The notes beneath the pieces are model-generated. The model did no database searches. It was not told where the DNA came from and saw only the letters and a list, made by a program, of their open reading frames with translations. DNA of 64,000 nt from Verrucomicrobiota bacterium (GTDB lineage: Bacteria > Verrucomicrobiota > Verrucomicrobiia > Opitutales > Cerasicoccaceae). The stretch lies in contig JBCBUK010000013.1 in NCBI GenBank assembly GCA_039818205.1, positions 57,404 to 121,403 of the forward strand. The letters are read 5' to 3'. This document shows, piece by piece, positions 20,363 to 31,743 of the stretch. The number at the start of each line of letters is the position of its first letter. Positions within the stretch are counted from its first letter, which is position 1. The position numbers and the translations under genes were made by a program.

Positions 20363-21721
20363 ATGCCTCCTCAAAAAACCAGCCATTACCTAGCCGTCGG
20401 CACCCTGATGATGGCTCTCATCCAACCATCGTTCGGCGAATCTGCTGTTACTTCCCTCACCCTTATCAATGCGGACACCGATCAGCCCATCGCCGCTCAC
20501 AATCCGATCGCCGATGGTGCTGTGCTCGACCTCGCCAAACTGCCGACACGCAAGTTGAATGTATTGGCCAACACAGATTCCAGCACAGTCAAGAGCGTGC
20601 GTTTTGGCTACAACGGCAACCCCAATCATCGCACTGAGAGCTACGCCCCATTCTCATTCGCAATGGATGAGGAAGGCGATTATTTCGCTTGGACCCCAAA
20701 AATTGGGCAGCACCAGTTGTCTGTGACAACATATTCCGAACGCAACGCGACCGGAGCCAAGGGCACACCGCTTGTGGTCAATTTTACGGTGATTGATTCA
20801 TCCGATCCCGATGCGACGGCAATCGCTTTGGTTAATTCGGCTCCGGCTCCCGCCCCAAAGAAAGTTGTTTCAACACCCGCCCCGAAAGTGGTCAAGCCGG
20901 CACCCGCCCCAAAGAAGGCTGCGCCAAAGCCTGTTGCTAAGACATTTAACCGCGAAAAACGTCCGATCAAGAATGCGGATGGTTGGTATCTCATCGATGA
21001 CTTCGAGGACCTTCCTCATGGCACGGAGTTGACCGACCTTGCTCAGTGGTTGCCTAAGCCCGGCTACGGTTCGGCTACGGTTGAGGTGATCAACGGTAGA
21101 AACGCGGTGGCTCAGATCGGCCCAGGCCAAGCAGTCATCTCGAATTCTGCAACCGGCATCGAAATTCCTGCCAATTCGAGCGGCGTCCTTTATTTCAAAT
21201 TCAAGATGGTCGGTGATACCCGGTTCTCGGGTGGCGTTTTTGGCATGGCAAGCTCGCCAGTCGTTGACGCATCGGAAATCGATGCGGCTTGGAACCTTGG
21301 TCGTCCCGAGGACGGTTCGCGCCCAAGTGCCACCCTGTCCGTGAACCAGGAGGGCAAAGATATCTACCTTGTTCGCAATCGCGGCCGAATGAATAAGGCC
21401 TATGGTGACATGAACCCCGAGATCAAGCCCAACATCTGGTATGACGTCTGGGTCACGATCGATAACAGCCGCGATGAAATGCGGATGTATATTCAAGGTG
21501 GAGATTTTCGTGGACGCACGGAGGTGTCTCACTACCGCGATTCGAAACAAACATCTTTCCCATTCCAGGTTAAGGGAGCGTTGGACCTGCGCCACTTCGT
21601 AATTGCCAATCCCCTTGATGGAACCGGTAAGGGACGCAACCCACGCACCCTTCAAGTGGACGAGATAAATTTCATGTTGCGAACCCCACCTAGCTCACTC
21701 GCATCGGATCGTCGCCGTTAG
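20363..21721 (+). CDS. Secreted two-domain hypothetical protein with Pro/Ala/Lys linker
   Basis: Signal peptide, beta-rich N-domain ([10 protein letters not shown]...ESYAPF...NFTV), PAPAPKK repeats, beta-rich C-domain. Confidence 0.65.
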   Translation: MPPQKTSHYLAVGTLMMALIQPSFGESAVTSLTLINADTDQPIAAHNPIADGAVLDLAKLPTRKLNVLANTDSSTVKSVRFGYNGNPNHRTESYAPFSFAMDEEGDYFAWTPKIGQHQLSVTTYSERNATGAKGTPLVVNFTVIDSSDPDATAIALVNSAPAPAPKKVVSTPAPKVVKPAPAPKKAAPKPVAKTFNREKRPIKNADGWYLIDDFEDLPHGTELTDLAQWLPKPGYGSATVEVINGRNAVAQIGPGQAVISNSATGIEIPANSSGVLYFKFKMVGDTRFSGGVFGMASSPVVDASEIDAAWNLGRPEDGSRPSATLSVNQEGKDIYLVRNRGRMNKAYGDMNPEIKPNIWYDVWVTIDNSRDEMRMYIQGGDFRGRTEVSHYRDSKQTSFPFQVKGALDLRHFVIANPLDGTGKGRNPRTLQVDEINFMLRTPPSSLASDRRR

Positions 21722-22719
21722 GATTCGTCTCCCACGACGCTCCAGCCAATTTCTTGCCCCGCCCACATGGGAACGACGTTCCCGTATGAGGCGGGGATTT
21801 TCATTGGCTTTTTGACGAGTACAATCGTCGTTTCCGGCGGTTCCACCTGGTAGATCCGACGGGCATTGTAGGTCACAAAGTCGGGTAGGTTGTGCAATCG
21901 GTCGTGCCGGTCGAACAGGTCGGCAAGCAGCTGAAGGGTGATTGGCGCGGTGAATACGCCAGCCGCGCAGCCACAGCATTCCTTTTTGTGTTGAGGATGT
22001 GGAGCGCTGTCCGTTCCTAGGCTAAGCTTTGGGTGGGCATTGAGCGCAGCTTGCATCAAGGCATCGCGGTCGGTCGGGCGCTTGGCGATTGGCTTGCAAA
22101 ACAAGTGCGGATCTAACATGCCGCCCGCGACGTCGTCGAGGGTGATCAGCAGGTGGTGGGTGGTCACCGTAGCATGGAGGTTCTCAAAACGATCCAGCAA
22201 CGCGACTGCATGAGCGGTCGTGATGTGTTCCATGACGATTTTCAGCTTCGGAAATTTGGTGGCGATCCGCTCGTAAACGGTGAGAAACTCACGTTCCCGA
22301 TCCATAACGAAACCGTTGCTCTCGCCGTGGACGAGGAGCGGGATGCCAAGCTCCTCCATAAGCGCCATGGTCGGCTCGGCCTGTTCGAGCTCTTTGACAC
22401 CGCCTTCGCTGTTGGTAGTGATCCCAGCTGGATAGAGTTTGATCCCAATAATGTGCGGGCGTGCCTCCTCTAGTTCTTCGCGCGTGTAGCTGCGAAAGAA
22501 GAGGGTCATGAATGGTTCGAAAGGATATTCGGGAACCGCGGCGATGATTTCGCGTCGATATTCGCGTAGGCGCTCAAGGTTGTCCACGGGCGGCACCAGG
22601 TTTGGCATGATCACCGCTCCGGCAAAATAGCGGGCGGTCAGCGGCGCAACGCGTTTGAGCATTTCGCCTTCACGCAAATGAAGGTGCATATCCAAGGGAG
22701 ACTTGAGTTTGATTTCCAT
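21718..22719 (-). CDS. pyrC: Dihydroorotase (homodimeric type)
   Basis: [45 protein letters not shown]. Confidence 0.95.
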   Translation of the reverse strand: MEIKLKSPLDMHLHLREGEMLKRVAPLTARYFAGAVIMPNLVPPVDNLERLREYRREIIAAVPEYPFEPFMTLFFRSYTREELEEARPHIIGIKLYPAGITTNSEGGVKELEQAEPTMALMEELGIPLLVHGESNGFVMDREREFLTVYERIATKFPKLKIVMEHITTAHAVALLDRFENLHATVTTHHLLITLDDVAGGMLDPHLFCKPIAKRPTDRDALMQAALNAHPKLSLGTDSAPHPQHKKECCGCAAGVFTAPITLQLLADLFDRHDRLHNLPDFVTYNARRIYQVEPPETTIVLVKKPMKIPASYGNVVPMWAGQEIGWSVVGDES

Positions 22720-22743
22720 TTCAATCCAAACTACAAACGATCT

Positions 22744-24117
22744 GTGTTTTACGAAAAGAAAAATTCCTCGTTCGCTTTATTTGTTGTTCTTGGTGCCCTG
22801 ATTGCGGCTCCTTTACTGAGAGCGCAAACCTATGACCCCAAACGGGTTCAGGATTATATCGATGCTCGGGTCGATCGAGATTTGAACCAATCAATTATTG
22901 TTGGTGTCATCTCAATGGCGGGGGAGCGTTTTTATAGTGCCGGTCAGGTGTCTCCCACCGATGCCCGTGCGCCCCAGTCCGACGACGTTTTTGAGATTGG
23001 CAGTGTCACCAACACATTTACGGCAACGGCGGCCTCAAGCATGGTGGTGGATCGGCAGCTTTCCTGGCTTCAGCCGGTTAACGCCTTCCTGCCGGACTAC
23101 GTGGAGACGCCATCATTTGGGCACCTGCCGCTTCAGTTGGTGCACCTGGCGACCCACACAAGTGGGCTGCCGCACAATCCACCGAACCTTCAGCCACAGA
23201 ATCCAGCGGATCCCTTCGCCGATTACACCAACGACCACACCTACGTGGCGATTAGTGTCATCGGGCTAACGATTCCACCCGGCCAAGAGTATAAATTTTC
23301 AATGTTGGGCTATGGCCTCTTGGGGCACGTGATAACGCTCCGCGCCAACATGTCCTACGAGGACTTGATCCAGGACCGAATCGGACGCCCACTGGCGTTG
23401 AAGGAGACATCGACGCAACCGGTGCCCGAGAAGGTGTTGCCTGGTTTCCAGGGAAGCGAGCAAGTCCCGAACTGGCACTGGGATGGCCTGGTGGGCGGTG
23501 GCGGACTTTATTCATCCGCCCGGGATCTATTGCGGTTTGTCAGCGCGCACCTGCAGATGATCAAGCTGGATAAGAATGACAAACGTGCGTTCCTGAGCAC
23601 GCAGAATGCCTACAAGACCACCTCGATGCCCCACACGATGGTTGCCTACGGTTGGCACGTCACGCGGAAGGGGCTTCGCGGAGTCTATTGGCAAAACGGG
23701 AAAACCGCTGGCTACGCATCCTACATCGGTTTCTGCCCGGCAACTAAAACCGGCTGTGTGGTGCTGACAAACTCGTCAATCCCCCTGGACGAGCTGGGTT
23801 TCTACATCCTCGACCCAGATGCTTTTCCCTTGCCGAAACCCCCGCCCAGTGGCGTGCGCCCAGCAAAGCAGCTGCGGGAATATGAAGGGGCCTACCAGAT
23901 TGGTCCGGAGGCGGTCCTTGTGGTTTCGCGGGAAGGCGGTAAGCTCTATGCCCAGATTCCTGGCCAGCCACGCTATCGGGTCTATCCGGTTGGCAAAAAC
24001 GAGTTTGCCTATGCTTCCGGCGATGTTCGCCTGCTCTTCGAAAGGACCCGCCAAGGCGTCGTCGGAGTGACGGTTACCATCGGCTTCAAGCAGCTCCAGG
24101 GCAAGAAGGTCAGATAA
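22744..24117 (+). CDS. Beta-lactamase-family serine-hydrolase fold plus C-terminal DUF3471-like domain; catalytic motifs degenerate
   Basis: [32 protein letters not shown]; start uncertain (GTG 22744 chosen to avoid overlap with pyrC). Confidence 0.8.
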   Translation: MFYEKKNSSFALFVVLGALIAAPLLRAQTYDPKRVQDYIDARVDRDLNQSIIVGVISMAGERFYSAGQVSPTDARAPQSDDVFEIGSVTNTFTATAASSMVVDRQLSWLQPVNAFLPDYVETPSFGHLPLQLVHLATHTSGLPHNPPNLQPQNPADPFADYTNDHTYVAISVIGLTIPPGQEYKFSMLGYGLLGHVITLRANMSYEDLIQDRIGRPLALKETSTQPVPEKVLPGFQGSEQVPNWHWDGLVGGGGLYSSARDLLRFVSAHLQMIKLDKNDKRAFLSTQNAYKTTSMPHTMVAYGWHVTRKGLRGVYWQNGKTAGYASYIGFCPATKTGCVVLTNSSIPLDELGFYILDPDAFPLPKPPPSGVRPAKQLREYEGAYQIGPEAVLVVSREGGKLYAQIPGQPRYRVYPVGKNEFAYASGDVRLLFERTRQGVVGVTVTIGFKQLQGKKVR

Positions 24118-24126
24118 GGAAATCGC

Positions 24127-24537
24127 ATGAGTGAGGCCAAGCCAATCACCGAAGAATCGATTCGGGCTCAGATCCGTGTCCTGGTGGATTATTTCCGACA
24201 ATGTGGCGACACCGACCTGGGGCGCTTTCAAGTTTTGAATCGCTTCGTTGATAGTCTCCAGGGCTCGAGTGTTTTCTCGCAGGAGATCTATCAGTCCAAC
24301 AGTGGCAACTATGCAGGATACCTGTTGTTTCAACCGAAAGAGTGGAATCAGTGTGCGATGTCCGTGCAGTGTTCTCCGACGGATTCGAGTATGCTTCGGA
24401 TTTCCCTTACGATCGCTGAGTATGAGGAAGGTCTGCAAAAGCGCACTGAGACGAGTTACTTTTGTAAGCCGGATGAGTGTCGGAAAGTCTTTGAAAAACT
24501 TGCCACTCAGCTGATTGCTGCCAAGGGCATCGATTAA
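24127..24537 (+). CDS. Hypothetical protein
   Basis: 136-aa ORF with aagga RBS, co-oriented with the upstream gene. Confidence 0.6.
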   Translation: MSEAKPITEESIRAQIRVLVDYFRQCGDTDLGRFQVLNRFVDSLQGSSVFSQEIYQSNSGNYAGYLLFQPKEWNQCAMSVQCSPTDSSMLRISLTIAEYEEGLQKRTETSYFCKPDECRKVFEKLATQLIAAKGID

Positions 24538-24549
24538 TTCTGGCGCTGG

Positions 24550-25749
24550 CTACAGTGCGTATTTCATCGCCTTTTTGCCGCGGTAGAGCGTCAGGTGATT
24601 TGAGCCGTTTGGCTTCTCCGACTTTTCAGTGACGCCGATTTGCTGGGCTTCGAGGCCGAACGATTCTACCGCGGCGATAATCTTTTTGACGCTCGATTTT
24701 GGGCAGAAAACTTCGAGGCGGTGGCCCATGTTGTAAACCTGATACATCTCCTTCCAGGTTGAGCCGCTAACCTTCTGGATGGTCTTGAAGACCGGGGGCA
24801 GGGGCATCAAATTATCCTTTACGAAATGCACCTTCTTGCCGAAACGGAGGCACTTCGATTGCCCACCGCCAGAGCAGTGGACGAGGCCGCGAATCTTATC
24901 GGGAAAGTCTTTGAGTAGTCTGGCAACGACCGGGGCGTAAGTGCGGGTTGGAGAGAGCAGGGCTTCGCCAACCGTCATGCCTTCACCCTCGGGCAATAGA
25001 TCATCGAGTTTAAATGGACCGCAGTAGACGAGCTCTTTGGGCGTGGTCGCGTCGTAGGTCTCAGGATACTTCTTGCGGTAGTAGGGCGAGAGCAAATCGT
25101 GACGCGCACTCGTCAGGCCGTTGCTACCAATGCCGCTGTTGGGCGCGTCTTCGTAGTCTGCTTGGCCGGCGGAAGAAATGCCGACAATCGCTAGTCCCGG
25201 GCGAATCTTATCACCCGTAATGACTTGGTCGCGATCAAGGATGGCTGTCGCGCAGGAGTCGACGGTGACGGTGCCCGTCAGGTCGCCCACATCGGCGGTT
25301 TCTCCACCGCCGGAGTGGATGCCAAAACCAAAGTCGCGTAGGCGCTGGAGGAAGGATTCGGTGCCCTGAATCAGCTCCGACAAGGCATCGGCCGGAAAGC
25401 GTCGCGCGTTGCGGTTAACTGTGCTTGAGAGCAGGACGCCTCCAGTGACGCCGACGCAGAGCAGGTCGTCCACATTCATGACGATACTGTCTTGTGCAAT
25501 CCCGCGAAATACGGAGGCATCACCCGTTTCCTGATAATGGAGGTAGGCGACACTTGATTTCGTGCCGCTGCCATCGCTGTGGATGACGTTGCACTTGTCG
25601 GGGTTGCCGGTGAGGAAGTCCTCGGTGATTTTGCAAAAGGCGCCGGGGAAGAGCCCACGGTCTAGATTATCCACGGTGGCGTGAACTTCTTTTTTGCTGC
25701 TGGAGACGCCGCGGGCGGCGTAACGACCTTGATCAGTTTTTTTCGGCAT
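24550..25749 (-). CDS. purM: Phosphoribosylformylglycinamidine cyclo-ligase (AIR synthase family)
   Basis: [45 protein letters not shown]. Confidence 0.85.
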   Translation of the reverse strand: MPKKTDQGRYAARGVSSSKKEVHATVDNLDRGLFPGAFCKITEDFLTGNPDKCNVIHSDGSGTKSSVAYLHYQETGDASVFRGIAQDSIVMNVDDLLCVGVTGGVLLSSTVNRNARRFPADALSELIQGTESFLQRLRDFGFGIHSGGGETADVGDLTGTVTVDSCATAILDRDQVITGDKIRPGLAIVGISSAGQADYEDAPNSGIGSNGLTSARHDLLSPYYRKKYPETYDATTPKELVYCGPFKLDDLLPEGEGMTVGEALLSPTRTYAPVVARLLKDFPDKIRGLVHCSGGGQSKCLRFGKKVHFVKDNLMPLPPVFKTIQKVSGSTWKEMYQVYNMGHRLEVFCPKSSVKKIIAAVESFGLEAQQIGVTEKSEKPNGSNHLTLYRGKKAMKYAL

Positions 25750-25843
25750 GATGCGTGTGCTGCCTCTACAAAGTCACAGGCCCGCGATAGAAATCAATAA
25801 AAACCTGAGGAAGACGTGATCACAGTTGTCGGCGACGGGGTCG

Positions 25844-26461
25844 CTAAGCGCCCGTACCGTCATTCTGCCGTTCCCAGTTTGTTCTTACTTCGCGCCTCCA
25901 GATGTGGGCCTCAACGTAGCACCCGGCCCACCCGTCAGCGTTTTTGTGTTTCTGAATTCTTTCCGGGATCTGCATTTTATCCAGATTCGCGATGAGTTCG
26001 GGATAGGTGAAAAGTTTGCCCCAGTATTCTTGTTCCCGCCAGTTTTTGGGGAGGTCATAGAAGAGCGAGGGTGCCTTTGACTGATAGTAGCCGATTAGGT
26101 GGGCATGATCGGGATACATGAACGTCAACTCGTGCTCCTCAAAGTCCGAGACTGCCATCTCCAGCTTCTCGGGATTTCGATAAAGTCCGCACGTTCTCTC
26201 GAACGTACCCAGGAGGGCAAAGTAGGGGCGTCCATTTGGAGTGAAGCCAAACTTTTCGATATACGTTTGGATGAGTAGATCGTCGGCCTCGCGACGCCAC
26301 CGTATAAAATCCTCTCCTAGGTCGAATCGATTGTAGCCGACTATCGCGCCCTTCTCTCGGTTCGCGAGATCCTGGACTTCGGTCTCGTCCAGATCACACA
26401 TGTTGAGGAATGGACCATAGTCGCGCTCGTAGTAGTGCGTGATGTAGTCCGGCGGGATCAT
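25844..26461 (-). CDS. Hypothetical protein
   Basis: 205-aa ORF just downstream of gcvT; ITHYY...PF.N and YVEAHIW segments; no family named. Confidence 0.6.
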   Translation of the reverse strand: MIPPDYITHYYERDYGPFLNMCDLDETEVQDLANREKGAIVGYNRFDLGEDFIRWRREADDLLIQTYIEKFGFTPNGRPYFALLGTFERTCGLYRNPEKLEMAVSDFEEHELTFMYPDHAHLIGYYQSKAPSLFYDLPKNWREQEYWGKLFTYPELIANLDKMQIPERIQKHKNADGWAGCYVEAHIWRREVRTNWERQNDGTGA

Positions 26462-26473
26462 CTTGGAATCGAA

Positions 26474-27568
26474 CTACAGGTGCAGTGGCGGCTTCTTCGC
26501 TGTCATCGGATAGCGCTTGCCTCGGATGTCGACTTCGAGCGTGGATTCGTCGGCGTTACTTTGGACAAGTGCGCTGCCGATTGGTTGATTGAGGATGGGC
26601 GACTGGGTTCCCGATACGACTTTGCCGACAGCCGCCTCGCCCGAGTAGACAATCGCGCCGTCGCGCGCGATGCGTCGATCATTCAGCGTGAAAAATACGA
26701 TTTTGCGGGCAGGGCCTTCGGCGGCTTGCTGAGATAGCGCAGCTTTGGCGATAAAGTCGCCGGGCTTCTTCAATTTTACGGTCCAGGCAATGCCGCCTTC
26801 CAGCGGTGAAATGTCGTCGGCCAGCTCGTGCCCGTAGAGCGGATAGCCCGCCTCGAGGCGAAGGCTGTCCCGCGAGCCGAGTCCGCAGAGTGCCAGGCCG
26901 AGGGGCTTGCCTTCTTTAAGGATGAGTTCTGCCAGTTGGCGGGCGTGGCCCGAATGGCAATAAATTTCAACGCCCCCTTCGCCCGTGTAGCCGGTTCCAC
27001 AGACCAGGCAGGGAAAACTCGCGAGCTCGGTTTCGATGATGCCGAAGCGTTTTACCGCAAGTGTCTTGCCGGTGGGCACCTGGGCGACGGCGTTGAGGAT
27101 CTCCATCGCCTTCGGTCCCTGCAACGCGAGTTGCGCATAGGTTTCCGAGACATCTTCGACGCTCACGTCAAAGCCCGTGGTCTGGGCTTGGATCCAGTCG
27201 ACGTCCTTTTGGGTGTTGGACGCGTTGATGCAGACCAAAAATTCTGTTTCCCGGAGTCGGTAGACAATCAAGTCATCCACAACGCCGCCATTCGGGTGGC
27301 ACATGGGAGAGTAGACGCCTTTGCCCACGGGCGTGCCCGCGATCTTGTTAGGCAGTAGGTAGTCCAGGAACGCTTCGGCGCCCGCACCGGTAACCAGCAC
27401 TTCACCCATGTGGCTGACATCGAACAGGCCTGCGCGTTCGCGGACGGCTCGGTGCTCGTCGAGGATGGTCGTATACTGGACAGGCATTTCCCAACCCGCG
27501 AACGGCACGAGGCGGGCACCATGGTCCTGGTGAAATGCATACAGGGGGGTGTGCTTCAGCTCACTCAT
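26474..27568 (-). CDS. gcvT: Glycine cleavage system aminomethyltransferase T
   Basis: TPLY..H, FAGWEMPVQY, LFDVSHMGE, TGYTGEGGVEI, GLGSRDSLRLEAG. Confidence 0.96.
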   Translation of the reverse strand: MSELKHTPLYAFHQDHGARLVPFAGWEMPVQYTTILDEHRAVRERAGLFDVSHMGEVLVTGAGAEAFLDYLLPNKIAGTPVGKGVYSPMCHPNGGVVDDLIVYRLRETEFLVCINASNTQKDVDWIQAQTTGFDVSVEDVSETYAQLALQGPKAMEILNAVAQVPTGKTLAVKRFGIIETELASFPCLVCGTGYTGEGGVEIYCHSGHARQLAELILKEGKPLGLALCGLGSRDSLRLEAGYPLYGHELADDISPLEGGIAWTVKLKKPGDFIAKAALSQQAAEGPARKIVFFTLNDRRIARDGAIVYSGEAAVGKVVSGTQSPILNQPIGSALVQSNADESTLEVDIRGKRYPMTAKKPPLHL

Positions 27569-27604
27569 ACCCGCAGATTGTCTAACAATCCGATGATCTC
27601 CACT

Positions 27605-27638
27605 AAAAAACCCGGATTTTTCGAAAAAACCCGGGTTT
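27605..27638 (-). terminator. Rho-independent terminator of the PEGA lipoprotein gene
   Basis: aaaaaacccgg...ccgggttt inverted repeat with an A-run on the + strand. Confidence 0.7.
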
Positions 27639-27665
27639 CAGAAAGCGTTATACGACCTGTTGATT

Positions 27666-28172
27666 TTAGCGCGAGTAGAACTCAACGATTTGATCCACGA
27701 TGTATTTGTGCTCAACCGGGCCGATTTGGCCAGACTCACGACGCATGTCGATCTCAGTGATCAACGATGCCATTTCGTTATAGGCGTCGGGGCCGCGGTA
27801 TTCGGGCAAAATGTCGGTGACCATGCGAGCGCGCACTGGGCTCGGGTCGAGGTCGTAGTAGAGCCCCGTGTCTTCCATTAGGCCAAAACGTACAAATCCC
27901 TTGCCGGCATCGTTGCGGGTTGGAGCGATGACTTCACGGTAAGGCTTATAGCCTGGTTTTTCGACGACAACTTGGTGAGCGATCAGGCGCCCAAGCTCCA
28001 ATTTGGATGGGGTATTCCCCACGCTCTCGCCATCAACAGATAGCGCGGCGTTGGTTGGGAAAGAGTATACGGCAACTTCCTGGTCGAAGCCTTTTTCAAA
28101 CAATTCGCAACCGGAGAAGGTAAAGGACGCAGCTAACGCCAGGGTGGCAACAAGAATTCGAGGTCTTTGCAT
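27666..28172 (-). CDS. PEGA-domain lipoprotein
   Basis: Lipobox FSGC; S.P..A.L.VDG..VG.TP...VVEKPGY PEGA pattern. Confidence 0.75.
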   Translation of the reverse strand: MQRPRILVATLALAASFTFSGCELFEKGFDQEVAVYSFPTNAALSVDGESVGNTPSKLELGRLIAHQVVVEKPGYKPYREVIAPTRNDAGKGFVRFGLMEDTGLYYDLDPSPVRARMVTDILPEYRGPDAYNEMASLITEIDMRRESGQIGPVEHKYIVDQIVEFYSR

Positions 28173-28440
28173 AACGTAAATGGTTAACAGGGAGATACAT
28201 GAAACGTGTATTTTTTTTACCGGTCAAGGTAGAAAGATTACAATCACGATAATTGCGTAAAATGTTATCACTTTCTAGCCGATATTTCCTATGATCTGCT
28301 TTACGATTTACCAATGGCGTGGGATATGCTTGCTATTCTCCACTGCCCACGATGACATATTATATATTCATGGCTACCATTAAAACAGACGATCCGGAAC
28401 CTTTCCCTAGAACCGCGGGCCGCGTGCCCGCACCCCTGCG

Positions 28441-29544
28441 ATGAGCCCTGAAGTAGCATTCTTCGTCGCAGCAGTTGCATTCACCCTGGTGGTTTCGGGC
28501 TTTTGTTCGTTGCTCGAGGCGATGATATTGAGCACGACGACCGTTGAGATCGAGAATCTCAAACAGAAGTCGCCCAAGCGTGGAGAACTCCTAGAGGAGT
28601 TTAAGACCGACATTGAGGAGACCTCGTCAGCCATTTTGACGCTTAACACCGTTGCCAACACCCTGGGCGCAACACTTTCGGGTGGTTTAGCCGTGAAAAT
28701 CGCTTTGAGCGGCTCCCTCTTTAGCCAGGGGTTTGCCCAAAATGGTTTCCCGTATGCGCTCACCGCATTCATTTTAATTTTCTCGGAGGTTATCCCCAAG
28801 AACGTGGGCGTTCTGTATCGTTCGGGTCTGCAACCGTTGATGGTATATCCCTTGTGGGCCGTTCGGTTCGCGATGTGGCCGATTTCTCAGATTTGTAAGG
28901 TGATTGTTCGATTGATTGCGGGCAAAAAGAACACGGAGGAGACGGGTGAAGAAGAGATCATCCTGATGGCGGAAAAAAGCGCTAAAGATGGCAATTTGAC
29001 CAAGGACGAATCTGCAATCATTTCCAACGCACTCAGCCTGGATGACGTAAAGGTTGCTGAGATTATGACACCCCGCACGGTGGTCTCGGCTTTCGAGTGT
29101 TTGGAAACGATCGGCGATATTTTTGCCCGCATGCCGAATATCCCCTTTGCTCGGTTGCCGGTCTATGATGAAAATATTGATCAGATTGTCGGGGTCGTGC
29201 GTCGCCGTGATCTGCTCAAGGCGAAGGCGGAGGACCGGGATTCGGTTACGGTGAAACGCCTCATGCAGGAGGTGATTTTTATTCCGGATACCGCCAACGC
29301 GGCACACGCGTTGCAGCAGTTTCTAAAGAGTCACCAGCAGTTGGCCGCGGTGGTCGACGAGTTTGGCTCGGTTTCAGGGGTGGTCACCATGGAGGACATC
29401 ATGGAGCACATCCTCGGGCAGGAGATTTTCGAGAAGGACGATGTCGCTGTCGACATGCGAGAGCTTGCCCGGCGAAAACAAATATCGGAAGCTCGGCGCG
29501 AGGCTCGAGGATCCGAAGAACGACTCGCCCGTGACGCTAGCTAG
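28441..29544 (+). CDS. CNNM (DUF21)-CBS domain membrane protein (CorB/TlyC family)
   Basis: SGFCSLLEA, ILTLNTVANTLGA, FSEVIPK, IMTPR, VVDEFG..GVVTMEDIME. Confidence 0.9.
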   Translation: MSPEVAFFVAAVAFTLVVSGFCSLLEAMILSTTTVEIENLKQKSPKRGELLEEFKTDIEETSSAILTLNTVANTLGATLSGGLAVKIALSGSLFSQGFAQNGFPYALTAFILIFSEVIPKNVGVLYRSGLQPLMVYPLWAVRFAMWPISQICKVIVRLIAGKKNTEETGEEEIILMAEKSAKDGNLTKDESAIISNALSLDDVKVAEIMTPRTVVSAFECLETIGDIFARMPNIPFARLPVYDENIDQIVGVVRRRDLLKAKAEDRDSVTVKRLMQEVIFIPDTANAAHALQQFLKSHQQLAAVVDEFGSVSGVVTMEDIMEHILGQEIFEKDDVAVDMRELARRKQISEARREARGSEERLARDAS

Positions 29545-29995
29545 CGTCGTCTTCGGTGATCAGCCACCGTTGGGCGTCTTTTTCCCGGGTGAACAATTTG
29601 ATCGTCGCAGAGATTTTTCCGGCGCTGAGTGACAAAAACTGACGGGAGCTGCCGTAGGCGACCATATCTGGCAACAGGATTGCTGTTCTGCTGTTACCAA
29701 TTCGCTCATTATTGTTCTGATGCACTCGGCTCGCATTCATCATCGCTTCGTAATCAACGCTCTCAAAGCTGAGTTCGCGATGATCGAAGAAGGTTTTGGT
29801 GCCGGGCTGCCATTTCTCGTGATCAAGAATGTCCTGAACCATTTGCGCTTGGCCCTCGGCGGTGTATCGTCCCCTAGTAACCACGGTCACCGCGCCATTT
29901 GCCGCGAAGGAAATCTCCCACGACATGGTCTCTTCACCGAGGTGCTGCGCCTTCAGCGCTGGGTTTAAGGAACGACTTGCCATTGACTTGTTCAT
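29537..29995 (-). CDS. Hypothetical protein, SpoIIAA/STAS-SEC14-like
   Basis: D.RE...RTAILL...YG..R.F...F.....A.RWL pattern. Confidence 0.5.
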   Translation of the reverse strand: MNKSMASRSLNPALKAQHLGEETMSWEISFAANGAVTVVTRGRYTAEGQAQMVQDILDHEKWQPGTKTFFDHRELSFESVDYEAMMNASRVHQNNNERIGNSRTAILLPDMVAYGSSRQFLSLSAGKISATIKLFTREKDAQRWLITEDDAS

Positions 29996-30082
29996 TTTAA
30001 AGAATCGACTTTTTTCCGATCAGCTTGAGGTAGAATTTTGTTACAACGTCGAACAGTCCGTCATTTTTGCAGTCTCAGGGGT

Positions 30083-31054
30083 ATGCGCTTTATAGCGATT
30101 CTTGTATTAACTTCTTTAGTCGGAAATTGTTACGGCACTTTTCGAGCGCCATCACTGTCGCGATTTTCGGTCACCCAATTGGTCCAGGGGCCGGTTTTGC
30201 AGCGCAATTACCCGGATGCACTCCCAACGTTGCTGGAAACAATTAACGGAACAACGACCTTCGACATTAACCTCGACCCGGTTTTTATTGAGAGCTTTGC
30301 GGATCCCAAGCTCCTCGAGCATCCGATTTGTTACGTCAATTTTGGCGACCGGCCGGATTGGGAACTAACGGAGGAAGAGCGGGACAACCTGCGTGGCTTC
30401 TTGGACCGTGGCGGATTCCTCTACATTGATGCCGGAATTAACGCTGATTTCCTGCGAGAATCGAATCCTGCGTACAGCCAGAGTCACAGTTTTGCGGAGT
30501 GGCGGGTGAGTCCCGAGCTTGAAGAGGTGTTTCGCGAGATCTATCCCAGTGAGCGCTTTCGAGCCTTGCCGCGAGATCACTCGCTCTTTCGTTCCTTTCA
30601 TGCCGGTCTTCCGGATGCCGAAGTATTGCCCGAAACCGTTCGCGACTTTGTGGTGAACGAGAAATGGCCGCAGGGTACCTATTCGGCGATGGGATTGGAG
30701 CTTGATGGCCGTCTGGCCGTCCTGTGCATGCCGATCCTGGCAATGGGCTGGGGGCAGAATGAAACCGGGCAGTGGACGACGTTTATTGGGTTTCGCATCC
30801 GCGAAGGAGCGGAGGGTCTGTCCGAGCGCCTTTCGGAAGCGGCCTACACGGGCACGCGCTTTGAGGTTGTTCGCGAAGATGGTCGCCAGGACATCATCTA
30901 CACTCAGCAGGAAGCGATGCCGGCTTGGGTTCAGGAACCCAGTGGCGATTGGCGCGTATTTCGCTATTATTACACGCCCGAGATCAGCGACTACGCCCAC
31001 CGTTTTTACACTCAGCTCGGCGTGAATGTCTTCGTTTATGCGTTTACGCGTTAG
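30083..31054 (+). CDS. DUF4159-like exported protein
   Basis: NYPDALP.LL, EEERDNLRGFLDRGGFLYID, LPRDHSLF, LGVNVFVYA. Confidence 0.7.
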   Translation: MRFIAILVLTSLVGNCYGTFRAPSLSRFSVTQLVQGPVLQRNYPDALPTLLETINGTTTFDINLDPVFIESFADPKLLEHPICYVNFGDRPDWELTEEERDNLRGFLDRGGFLYIDAGINADFLRESNPAYSQSHSFAEWRVSPELEEVFREIYPSERFRALPRDHSLFRSFHAGLPDAEVLPETVRDFVVNEKWPQGTYSAMGLELDGRLAVLCMPILAMGWGQNETGQWTTFIGFRIREGAEGLSERLSEAAYTGTRFEVVREDGRQDIIYTQQEAMPAWVQEPSGDWRVFRYYYTPEISDYAHRFYTQLGVNVFVYAFTR

Positions 31055-31068
31055 CGGTGTTTGGAGCG

Positions 31069-31383
31069 ATGCCTAAGCGATCAAGAAAGTTGATCAATGG
31101 CGAAGTGCTGCCGTCACATATGCAGGTTGGCAAGGCTCCGCGGGGTGCGGTTCCAGCAGACCGGAGACAATTGGACCACATAAACACCTACGGTGACTTG
31201 CCGGAGTACTATGTGGATTACCCGTTTACCTGCGTCGATTGCGGCAAGGAAGAAGTTTGGAAAGCCGAGCAGCAAAAATGGTATTATGAAGAAGCCAAAG
31301 GGCACATTGATGCATTTGCCAAGCGGTGCCGTCCGTGTCGCAAACGGCGTAAGGAAAACGGATCTCGCAAGGCGAGCCATTGA
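31069..31383 (+). CDS. Zinc-ribbon domain protein
   Basis: YYVD..FTCVDCG...W.AEQQKWYYE..K....KRCRPCR. Confidence 0.75.
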   Translation: MPKRSRKLINGEVLPSHMQVGKAPRGAVPADRRQLDHINTYGDLPEYYVDYPFTCVDCGKEEVWKAEQQKWYYEEAKGHIDAFAKRCRPCRKRRKENGSRKASH

Positions 31384-31440
31384 CTTCTTGTATTATTAAA
31401 ATTTCTTGCGGTCGGGATTCGTTGAGCTGATAAAGGCGCG

Positions 31441-31743
31441 GTGCTGGACGAACCCCCTACGAAGTCTCTGCTGATCCAACGCTATTGGCGCACCAACGTG
31501 GCCATTACCCTCGGTTTGCTCTGTATTTGGGCAAGTGTCAGCTTTGGTGCGGGCATTTTGTTCGCCGATACCCTGGAGGAGATTTATCTTTTTGGGAGTG
31601 GGTACCCGCTGGGGTTCTGGTTTGCGCAGCAGGGGTCGATCATCGTTTTTGTTTTCCTGATCCTCGTCTATGCGCTGGCCATGAATGCACTCGATCGCCG
31701 GCATAAACGGGCGTTGGCAGCTGTAGACGGAGGGCAATCCTGA
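31441..31743 (+). CDS. DUF4212 small membrane subunit of a solute:sodium symporter
   Basis: YW..N, GYPLGFWFAQQGSI; TGATG coupling to the symporter gene. Confidence 0.85.
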   Translation: MLDEPPTKSLLIQRYWRTNVAITLGLLCIWASVSFGAGILFADTLEEIYLFGSGYPLGFWFAQQGSIIVFVFLILVYALAMNALDRRHKRALAAVDGGQS

